From Lachnospiraceae bacterium (GTDB lineage: Bacteria; Bacillota; Clostridia; Lachnospirales; Lachnospiraceae): a DNA stretch of 50,385 bases. The position numbers and the translations under genes are program-made. The notes below the pieces were generated by a model that made no database searches, was not told where the DNA came from, and saw nothing but the letters and a program-made list of their open reading frames with translations. The stretch lies in contig JAFVCQ010000233.1 in the NCBI GenBank assembly GCA_017479085.1, positions 1 through 50,385 of the forward strand, written 5' to 3'. Positions 25,596 to 33,657 of the stretch are shown here, piece by piece; the first letter of the stretch is position 1, and the number at the start of each line of letters is the position of its first letter.

Positions 25596-27395
25596 CTAAA
25601 ATAAACTTCTGGGTCTGATGATGTCACCGGAACCCTCTACATCTGTGTCATCACCCGCAGAAAAACCGCCATCTGCCGAAGTGTTTCCCGCATTCTCGAC
25701 TGAAGTATTTGGTGTCTCAGACCCGGACGTTTCCAGATACAGATTCCCGCTTCCCATTTCTCTCCGCCTACTCTGTGAGCCACCGGCAATAACATTGATG
25801 ATTGTAGCAATTCCGTTATATTGGAAGTCCTGCGTGAACACATCATCTACAATCACACCCTGTCGTTCTAATTCCTTCTTTAGCCCATACCCCTGTACAT
25901 TCCGGAACTTATCCGATTCCTTTGCGGTCCTGGAACCGGCTAAGACGACACACTCCCTGCCTTCTCCATCCCATTGAATATGCGCATCCCCGTTTTTCAC
26001 CTGGTACCGCCAGATGCCTTTGGAAGCGTTTTCGGAACCGTCCTTATCACCGGACATATCTTCTGAATATGGATTTGCCGGGATCTTTCCTGCAGCGCTT
26101 TCCTGCCCCGACGGTATCAAAAGATCATCTGACTTTGGCTGTACCGCGTCTGTTTCAGATTCCGGATTTGCCAAGATCCGCGTAACCGAAACTCTCAAAA
26201 GATTTTTCTCAGACAACAGCTCACTTCCATTTGTACTCACAGCCTCAATGAACTTTGCCGCAGCCGACATGGTATCAAAAGCCACATCCTCCATCAATAT
26301 CCCATCGGCAGATATTTTGTCCAAATACTCCCTGTACCTTTGGGAAACCCATTGATTGTCCCTCTGTAACCGGCTTCCACGCAACACGGTATAGATATCA
26401 TTTTCAATCCGGTACAGCGCATCGTATTTTGCGTTTCTTCCCGATCTCTGATATGTCTTTCCATCCGGAAAGTATGTGATACTGTTGTCTCCGCTCTCCC
26501 GAACTGACTCTGGCTGATTCACAGAAGTTGTAAGGAGAGCCTTCTCCGGCGGAACCGATGCGGCAACTTCCTTCTCCACAGTTTGCGCGGCCTCGAATGG
26601 AGACTGCTGTGCATCTGCTTTTGTTTCCGGCTTTGATGAAACTTGTGCAGCGGAAACTTTGCCAAACGAAGGGGTTGCGTGTTCTCCCTTTGAGGATTCC
26701 TTCAAATTAGGATCGAAAACATCCTTACTTACACTTTTGATTGTTTCATACAGGCTATCTAGCGATCTAGGACCAGTTAAATAATTATCTTGAAATCCAG
26801 CTTCATTCAAAATTTTCATAAATGCCTTATACAATTGTTGCCTGGTTATAGCGTTGTCTTTCAACGAGATCGCAATGTCATTATAAGAGTGAGCTGCACT
26901 CTTCATGGCTGCACCGCTCCCATCAGCTTCTCTATCTATAGTTTTACCAATTAGAGATAAACATTCTTTTTCAGTGGTTGTCATTTTTACTTTCGAAGAA
27001 GCCAAATCACCAGTTGGTTTTTCTAAATTCTTTTTTTCTGACAGATAAACCGGAATTATATCCTTTCCTTCTTTAATGCCTTCTAGCAACTCTATGCAAG
27101 CTGCATAGCTGGCAATATAATCCTCACTAACAAACAACATAATGCCTGCTGCATCTTTTATATTGTCGAGCACCTGGGTAATCCAGTTCTCATTCCTATT
27201 ATTTAGTTCCTTATCTGCATATACACGCAGACCATACTTCTGTTGAAGAGGAATAACGATCTCTTGGAATACACGCTTCCAGTTATTACTTACATAACTT
27301 ACAAAAATATATCTCGAACTATCTGTATAATTGGTAGTTATTAAATTTCTCAGTGCCTCTTCGCGTTCCCTCTTCTCATCTCCACTAAGTCCCAT
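25596..27395 (-). CDS. TIR-domain protein with helical region, low-complexity linker and two DUF4357-like C-terminal modules
   Basis: Start set at ATG 27395 (SD AGGAGA, 6-nt spacer); the track ORF starts at an upstream GTG. RYIFVSYVSNNWKRVFQEIVIPLQQKYGLRVYADKEL...ENWITQVLDNIKDAAGIMLFVSEDYIASYAACIELL follows the bacterial TIR pattern, including the conserved Glu (E102, codon 27090-27092). Two later modules carry V(L)xGS...G(I/V)(L/I)...F...(SAAA)...NG-type motifs. Confidence 0.7.
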   Translation of the reverse strand: MGLSGDEKREREEALRNLITTNYTDSSRYIFVSYVSNNWKRVFQEIVIPLQQKYGLRVYADKELNNRNENWITQVLDNIKDAAGIMLFVSEDYIASYAACIELLEGIKEGKDIIPVYLSEKKNLEKPTGDLASSKVKMTTTEKECLSLIGKTIDREADGSGAAMKSAAHSYNDIAISLKDNAITRQQLYKAFMKILNEAGFQDNYLTGPRSLDSLYETIKSVSKDVFDPNLKESSKGEHATPSFGKVSAAQVSSKPETKADAQQSPFEAAQTVEKEVAASVPPEKALLTTSVNQPESVRESGDNSITYFPDGKTYQRSGRNAKYDALYRIENDIYTVLRGSRLQRDNQWVSQRYREYLDKISADGILMEDVAFDTMSAAAKFIEAVSTNGSELLSEKNLLRVSVTRILANPESETDAVQPKSDDLLIPSGQESAAGKIPANPYSEDMSGDKDGSENASKGIWRYQVKNGDAHIQWDGEGRECVVLAGSRTAKESDKFRNVQGYGLKKELERQGVIVDDVFTQDFQYNGIATIINVIAGGSQSRRREMGSGNLYLETSGSETPNTSVENAGNTSADGGFSAGDDTDVEGSGDIIRPRSLF

Positions 27396-27692
27396 TTTCT
27401 GTCTCCTTTCTTTTACCACATTCGTGATGATTATCTCTTCCTTAATTCATTGCTCTGAGTCTCATCCATTTCTAAAGTCAAAAACACAATCCCACTACAG
27501 ATTCCCAGTCCATAGGTAGCACCAAAGGTGTCAAACCATATATTATAAAATGCCCTTGCGAGTTGTCCCTTCTTCGCATATTTTAAACAGCTAAATAATA
27601 TGTGCACAACCTAACCATTTAAAATACTGTGTGGCTATAACTCTGTCTTCTCCTTACATCATATGGTTACTCCATTTTACCATCTTTTTCAT

Positions 27693-27741
27693 ACAAAAAA
27701 AGACGTTAACCAAAAATAACACGATTAGCGACAAAATTAAC
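27693..27741. repeat. Imperfect direct repeat flanking the TIR operon, promoter-proximal copy (partner 20427..20475)
   Basis: acaaaaaaagAcgTtaaccaaaaataacacGAttagcgacaaaattaac is followed by an extra partial unit, acagttagcggcaaaatcaac, to about 27767. Weaker similarity extends back to 27672. Confidence 0.85.
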
Positions 27742-27974
27742 ACAGTTAGCGGCAAAATCAACCAATTTATGACCGTTCAACCGGATTCTGCCGCCATCAT
27801 GCTCATTGTCGCATGTGTTTAAAACCCGGCGCCACAAAGATTGCAGACTCTGCCGGTATAGGTGTGCAGCGATACTAAGTATTTTCAGACAAAACAGGCA
27901 GAACAGCCTTAACTGCTTTGCCTGTCACATCATTCTTATATATTCGAAAAAACAACTCCAAAAGTTTGATTCAT

Positions 27975-29282
27975 TCATCTCCTTTTTCCTGCAAAATAAA
28001 AGAGTGCCGATATGCACACAACCGCCTCTGTCACCGGAAATGCCAGCCACACTCCGGTAAGACCGGCCAGTGCAGAGAGCACAAATGCCATCGGTATGAT
28101 CAGAAACAGTCCCCTTGCCAGAGCGATCCACTGTGCCGGAACCGCTCTCTCCACCGAGGTAAAATAGGATGCGATCACGATGTTAAAGCCCACGAACGGA
28201 ACAGCCAGGAAATACCATCTAAGACCGGACACTGCGATCTGACGAAGCTTTGCATTTCCCTCACTGTTAAATATGCCGGTCACTTCGTCTGCAAATACGA
28301 ACAACAGCAGATAAATTATGACCGACAGGACAAGCATCGTTGTCATTCCGTAGCGAAGCGTCTTTCGAATCCTTATGTGATCTCCCTTTCCATACTCCCT
28401 GCTTATGATCGGCTGTATTCCCTGCGCGATTCCTGTATAGATAGAGACCACTACCAGAGAAAGATTGGCGACCACACCGTAAGCAGCCACTCCGACATTG
28501 CCATCCAGCTTCAGAATCAGGTTATTAAAAACAAGAATCACGATGCCTGAGGATACCTCTGTGACCAGAGAGGGGACTCCCAACGATAGGATGTTTCCGA
28601 TCACTGCCAACTGTGGTGTCTCTTTTTTCAGATGAAATGCATTCCGCTTTTTCAGAAAATGTCCTGATAAAATAAGCATACTGATAAACGGCGCCAGACC
28701 GGTTGCCAGAACCGCACCAAATATTCCCATGTGTAAGGGAAAGATAAAGATATAATCCAGCAGGATATTGGAAAAGCTTCCTCCCAGCATTGCCAGCATG
28801 GAACGCTTTGGACCTCCATCATTCCGGACAAAACAGATCAGGATATTATTCATCAAAAACGCAGGGGAAAACATCAGGATCACCTTCAAATAGGTATTCG
28901 TCATGTCTGCCACCTCTGCATCTGCTCCGAGCAGGCCAGTGATCGTGTGCGACAGAAAAATCCCTGCACAGACAAACAGAACTGCCAAAACAGCCGCAAA
29001 GCACACTGCATTTGTAAATATCCGGTCGGATGCACTGACGTCACGCTGCCCCTTATAGATCGAATATTTGGTCGAACCACCCATCCCCAGCATCAGACCG
29101 CAGCCATGAAGAAAACTGTAAACCGGGATTGCCAGATTCAGCGCTGTCAGACCATTCACCCCCAATCCTTTTGAAATAAAAAAAGTATCTGCCAGAATAT
29201 AACAGGATAATCCGATCATACCCATGATATTCAGGGATGCATACTTCACATATTCCTTCCAGACAGACTGCTGTTCTCTCAT
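27975..29282 (-). CDS. MATE-family efflux transporter
   Basis: 435 aa, about 12 TM. The N-terminus WKEYVKYASLNIMGMIGLSCYILADTFFISKGLGVNGLTALNLAIPVYSF is typical of MATE/NorM-like proteins. Confidence 0.85.
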   Translation of the reverse strand: MREQQSVWKEYVKYASLNIMGMIGLSCYILADTFFISKGLGVNGLTALNLAIPVYSFLHGCGLMLGMGGSTKYSIYKGQRDVSASDRIFTNAVCFAAVLAVLFVCAGIFLSHTITGLLGADAEVADMTNTYLKVILMFSPAFLMNNILICFVRNDGGPKRSMLAMLGGSFSNILLDYIFIFPLHMGIFGAVLATGLAPFISMLILSGHFLKKRNAFHLKKETPQLAVIGNILSLGVPSLVTEVSSGIVILVFNNLILKLDGNVGVAAYGVVANLSLVVVSIYTGIAQGIQPIISREYGKGDHIRIRKTLRYGMTTMLVLSVIIYLLLFVFADEVTGIFNSEGNAKLRQIAVSGLRWYFLAVPFVGFNIVIASYFTSVERAVPAQWIALARGLFLIIPMAFVLSALAGLTGVWLAFPVTEAVVCISALFYFAGKRR

Positions 29283-29400
29283 AACCTCTCCTCCTCGTTC
29301 TGATCACAAAAAGTGATCGTAAAATTGACTAACTGCTTATATAATGTCATTTGGTTAAGCCGGACGCTGTCGGCTTATCAGCCGGCTCATTGTCCCCGGA

Positions 29401-29461
29401 AATAAAGAAAGCATCAGCGCTTTCTATCTTCAAAGACCTAACGATAGAAAGCCTGACGCTT
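29401..29461 (-). terminator. Strong intrinsic-terminator-like hairpin inside the long region upstream of the MATE gene
   Basis: The minus strand reads aagcgtcag-g-ctttctatc...(14-nt loop)...gatagaaagc-g-ctgatgctt. The stem is about 19 bp with one bulge and one G-U pair, followed by TTTCTTTATTT. It lies about 120 nt upstream of the MATE start codon. Confidence 0.5.
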
Positions 29462-29842
29462 TGAATCCTTACCCGGTGGCAGGGAAACCGCTCTTTTCTT
29501 ATTCTTATAAAGATTGTACCATACAGGGTTTCTTTTGTCCAGAGAAGCCTTCGATGTGGCGCACGCCCCGCGACTGCCCGGCAGTCCCTTGCTGCTTCTG
29601 AAAGTTATGTTTCAGTGTTCCGCCGTCTCTGCTTTTGTTGCCGGACTGTTTTTTAATCCAGTCTTACAAATTTTACTTCCATAAATGCATTTTCTCCTTT
29701 TCGTTTTGTATTTTGTTACTCCACGGAACGCCTCTGGCTTATGTTAGTCCCCCCAGCTACTGCTTGGGGATTTATATCTATTTCATTAAAAGAGCGATGT
29801 ATTATGGTCTTTGCAAAATCCTTTATTTTGCCAAATACGAAA

Positions 29843-30184
29843 TTATTGTTCCACTTCTCTTAATAAATCCTCTGGGCTTATTCCATATAATTTTGCAAGC
29901 GCCATAAGATTTGTTGTATTTGGATCGGACAATCCACTTTCCCATTTTGAAACAGCCTGGCGACTTACACCGATTGCTTCCGCAACAAATTCCTGTGTCA
30001 TCTTGCATTCATTTCGATGCTGTTTTAATACTTCAGCAAGAGACCTCGCCATTTTGGCTTTTTCCTGCCTGACCTCCTGGGATCGTATATAGGTTCTTAG
30101 CGCTTTGATTACAAGTATCAGCAGATAAACACCGATCCCAACGATAGCGATTGAGATAATAATCATCGGTAAAGCTATTGCCAT
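29843..30184 (-). CDS. Membrane-anchored XRE-family HTH protein
   Basis: N-terminal TM helix IALPMIIISIAIVGIGVYLLILVI, then MTQEFVAEAIGVSRQAVSKWESGLSDPNTTNLMALAKLYG (HTH_XRE). Confidence 0.75.
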   Translation of the reverse strand: MAIALPMIIISIAIVGIGVYLLILVIKALRTYIRSQEVRQEKAKMARSLAEVLKQHRNECKMTQEFVAEAIGVSRQAVSKWESGLSDPNTTNLMALAKLYGISPEDLLREVEQ

Positions 30185-30306
30185 TCCTGCAACCTCCTTT
30201 CATTTTTATTGGTATATATTACCTAAGAATCGTAGGTTGCCTCCACCAACTATCTCGCAACTTTGCGGTTGCTCTCAAAAAAATCCCGATTTGCTAATTA
30301 GAATTA

Positions 30307-30440
30307 ACAGCAGATACGTGGCATCCCCTTTTACAAGCGAAAGCTCCGGCAGATTTTCAGACAGATACTCCCTCACCGTCCGCCGGTTTTCCGACAGATA
30401 TACACGAAGCGCATGCAGCCACTCTTCCCCGTTTTGATAA
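30307..30440 (-). repeat. 134-bp duplicated internal fragment of the MalY/PatB-type lyase gene (partner 31522..31655)
   Basis: The two copies are identical except for 2 substitutions (c/g at 30316, g/c at 30415), in the same orientation. Flanking sequence is unrelated on both sides. Confidence 0.9.
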
Positions 30441-30591
30441 TTTTCCTCCTAAAACACTACATTCAAACAAAGAAATATTTTTTGTTGCATAATTTTGTGA
30501 AATGTGTTATAAAATAATCGAAGAGATCATTCTCGAACTCCATATCCTATTCACTTTGTGGATAGTTGATTAGTTCTATGGATGATCTCTT

Positions 30592-31179
30592 TTAATTATG
30601 TCTTTGCAATACTTTTATTACTTTACCATCTTTTATAAAAACAATTGTATTTAAAAAGGATGTTCTCGGTGATCGGAATAAATCATTTACTTGTCGTTCA
30701 AGTTCACTCATATCCAAAGGACATTCTGTTATATCGATCACAAAATTATGTGATTGCAGTTGCTTTTTTGCAATCAGTCCCTGGAGAAGATATTTTCCTT
30801 TTCCTGTTGGTGCTTTCAAATCATAACGTTCACCATCAATCAGATAATCAGGTGTTTGTTTACCAAGTGGATACATGATCTGAGGTACAAGTTCTACTAA
30901 TTTGCCGTATTGTTCGGAAAGTGCCACCGCTATTCTCCTTTCCTGTTCCGATGGCTGTAATATAACATGTTTTCCATCTACCACATAAGTCACATTATCC
31001 ACTATGTAAGACAGTTTTTCCACAACCGACCCTGCTTTGTTCTTTTTTGTCCATTCCTTTGTAATATCCATGTGATTGATTGTATCACTTGGATTTGCTT
31101 CTTTCAAGCCTGATTTTTTACCGTCAACAAAAGCTTTCTTCCAATCCTTGTATGTCATGGTTGACGGTACATAATACAC
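30592..31179 (-). pseudogene. 5'-truncated MuF(SPP1 gp7)-type polymorphic-toxin remnant: end of the MuF domain plus a PD-(D/E)xK-like toxin domain
   Basis: (ENGD)VYYVPSTMTYKDWKKAFVDG resembles the conserved C-terminal end of phage head-morphogenesis (MuF) domains. The following ~170 aa contain TPDYLIDGERYDLKAP (PD...D.K), consistent with a restriction-endonuclease fold. The rest of the MuF domain is absent (stop codon a few codons upstream). The DNA is AT-rich relative to its neighbours. Confidence 0.45.
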
Positions 31180-31324
31180 ATCACCGTTTTCACTATGCGG
31201 GCTATTTGTTTATTCCTATGCTATAAAATCTGACAACCACCCTTGACAAACTCTGTCCGAGGCCAGAATTTCCGGTGTACTACAACAATGTAGGGAACCT
31301 TCCTGTCCCTCTTTCACTTTCCCC

Positions 31325-32482
31325 CTACCGCTCATAGGCTCTTATCCCTGTCTGTAGTCTCTCCAGTCCATCCAGTACGACAGAACGAGGGCATGCAATA
31401 TTCATCCGTAAAAAGCCGGGTGCGCCAAACGGTTCCCCATCCGAGAGATACAGCCCTGTTTCCCTGCGGATAAACTGTGTCATCTGCTTTCCGCTTCCCT
31501 TGATCTTTCCGGCATCCAGCCACAGCAGATAGGTGGCATCCCCTTTTACAAGCGAAAGCTCCGGCAGATTTTCAGACAGATACTCCCTCACCGTCCGCCG
31601 GTTTTCCGACAGATATACACGAAGCGCATCCAGCCACTCTTCCCCGTTTTGATAAGCAGCCACGACACTGGACACGGCAAATGCATTCGGCTCTGCAACC
31701 TCATCCGTATTCAATGCCCGCCAGACCTTGTGCCGGAGCGTCTTATTCGGTATACAGACAGCAGCACTCTGCATCCCTGCCAGATTAAATGTCTTAGACG
31801 GCGACATACAGGTGATACTGATATCCCGACAGATATCCGAAACCGATGCAAACGGAATATAATCCGTCCCCGGCTCTGTGAGATCACAGTGAATCTCGTC
31901 TGACAACACCGTCACCTGATATTTCTCACATAATTCGCCAATTCCCGCAAGGGTCTCCCTGTCCCATATCTTTCCGGAGGGATTCTGTGGATTACATAGG
32001 ATCATCAAAGAGGTCTGCGGATTCTTCAGCTTTTCTTCCAGATCTTCAAAATCCACCCGGTACTCTCCATCCGTTAGCAGCAATGAATTCTCCAATACAT
32101 TCCGCCCGTTATTCCGGATGGAGTGAAAGAAAATGTTATATACCGGCGTCTGGACCAGCACATTCTCCCCGGGCGTTGTCAGCTTCCGCACCGCACTGGA
32201 AATCGCAGGCACCACGCCGGTGCAGAAGACCAGCCATTCTTTCCGTATCTCAAACCCATGGCGTTTCCTCCACCAATCCATGTATGCCGTATACCACTCA
32301 TCGGGAATGATCTGATATCCGAAAATGCCAGACTCAGTCTTTTTTTGAATCGCCTCTATGATTGCCGGCGCCGTCTGAAAATCCATGTCCGCCACCCACA
32401 TCGGAAGCTCCTTCTCCCCCACATTCCATTTCAGGGAACCACTTCCCCTTCTGTCTATGATCTGGTCAAAATTATATTGCAT
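31325..32482 (-). CDS. MalY/PatB-family PLP-dependent C-S lyase (aminotransferase class I/II fold)
   Basis: MQYNFDQIIDRRGSGSLKWN...LPMWVADMDF...PVYNIFF...LCNPQNPSGK...SPSKTFNLAG (PLP lysine). Confidence 0.9.
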   Translation of the reverse strand: MQYNFDQIIDRRGSGSLKWNVGEKELPMWVADMDFQTAPAIIEAIQKKTESGIFGYQIIPDEWYTAYMDWWRKRHGFEIRKEWLVFCTGVVPAISSAVRKLTTPGENVLVQTPVYNIFFHSIRNNGRNVLENSLLLTDGEYRVDFEDLEEKLKNPQTSLMILCNPQNPSGKIWDRETLAGIGELCEKYQVTVLSDEIHCDLTEPGTDYIPFASVSDICRDISITCMSPSKTFNLAGMQSAAVCIPNKTLRHKVWRALNTDEVAEPNAFAVSSVVAAYQNGEEWLDALRVYLSENRRTVREYLSENLPELSLVKGDATYLLWLDAGKIKGSGKQMTQFIRRETGLYLSDGEPFGAPGFLRMNIACPRSVVLDGLERLQTGIRAYER

Positions 32483-32671
32483 ACTATTCTTTCTCCTTTC
32501 TGCTACAACACGCTCCGCGCCCCGGCTGATCCCGGCACAGCTGTGGAGAATGATCCTCTCCTTTTCATGAGACCGCTCCCCACAGCAACGCTTCAGGGTA
32601 TCAGACTCAGTCTGCTGCGCTGCTGAGAAGCTCCCCTCCTTTTGATTCAGTATCTATGCTTCCTTCCGGTT

Positions 32672-33550
32672 CTATACCGATTTTTCTGGAAATGACGACT
32701 CCCCTCTACAGAGGATCTGTGTCTTAGACGAATCCACCCGGTCTTTTTCCATGATCAGCTTGTCAATGTACTCTGCGCGAATCGTACCACCGGCCGGATT
32801 CATCACACTGTCGATCTTGGTCGTGATATCCGCATCTACTGTGGAATATTCAAAGGCCAGCGTCGTATTGACCAGCCTGCATTCTTTCATGACAAGATGG
32901 TCAATGTAACACATCCCCTGAAGGCTCTCTATCGTGCAGTTTACAAGGGTGACATTCTTTGCATTCCACGCAAGATATTCTCCGGAAATAAACGAGTCAT
33001 AGATTGTGATATCCTCTGCATTCCAAAAGCAGTCCTTGGAGAGAAATTTTGCATTGTGCACCTCTACCTCTCTTGCCCCGTCAAAACAGTAATCACCATA
33101 AAGCGTGAGGCCATCCACCCGGACATTTTCACAATTCATGCCGAAATACTCCCCCTTCGCAGTCACATTTTCGATATGGACATTCCGGCAATGCCATAGG
33201 GTTTCCTCCGCATTTGGAATGGATACATTTCTTAACCGCACATCGTTGCAGCGGCGAAATGCCTTCGGGGCTTCCATCAGAGTATCCTCCACGGTAATGT
33301 CATCCGTATACCAGATCCCTGCCCGCGCCATTTCAAACAGCGCACAGTCCTTCATGGTAATATGTCTGCTGTACCAGAGCGGATACTTCCACTTGAACAT
33401 ACTTCCGACAAGTTCAATGTCTTCACTGTGCTTTAACGGAGACTCCCCATCCGCAAAGATTGTATTCACAATGCGGAGTTTCCTGCCCTGAAACAAAGCC
33501 CTCTCTCCGGTCAGATACTCCTGATTGAGTTCTCTTATGTCTGATTCCAT
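32672..33550 (-). CDS. DUF3737-family (beta-helix) protein
   Basis: Start set at MESDIRELNQEYLTGERALF (SD GGAGGA, 6-nt spacer). ESPLKHSEDIELVGSMFKWKYPLWYSRHITMKDC...AGIWYTDDI...EAPKAFRRC is characteristic of DUF3737. Confidence 0.75.
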   Translation of the reverse strand: MESDIRELNQEYLTGERALFQGRKLRIVNTIFADGESPLKHSEDIELVGSMFKWKYPLWYSRHITMKDCALFEMARAGIWYTDDITVEDTLMEAPKAFRRCNDVRLRNVSIPNAEETLWHCRNVHIENVTAKGEYFGMNCENVRVDGLTLYGDYCFDGAREVEVHNAKFLSKDCFWNAEDITIYDSFISGEYLAWNAKNVTLVNCTIESLQGMCYIDHLVMKECRLVNTTLAFEYSTVDADITTKIDSVMNPAGGTIRAEYIDKLIMEKDRVDSSKTQILCRGESSFPEKSV

Positions 33551-33657
33551 ATCCGTTCCTCCATCTGTTGATGTTTTTCTAATGTATCCTGCCATATGGC
33601 CTTTTTCATCCTTATGGCCTAATCAGACCTTATTTTATCATAAATGATTGATTTTGA

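Noticed and set aside
20566-27395. Whether the TIR operon is simply a Thoeris, CBASS/Pycsar, SPARTA or retron-TIR locus.
   Set aside because: I see no ThsA-type SIR2/SLOG/Macro protein, no CD-NTase or pyrimidine cyclase, no Argonaute and no reverse transcriptase in or next to the operon. This rests on motif inspection only, and a DefenseFinder/PADLOC run is still needed.
29283-29520. The MATE leader as a member of a known riboswitch class (ykkC/guanidine, ZTP, c-di-GMP, T-box).
   Set aside because: I could not find any of the conserved core sequences I remember for these classes. It is kept only as an unclassified structured leader.
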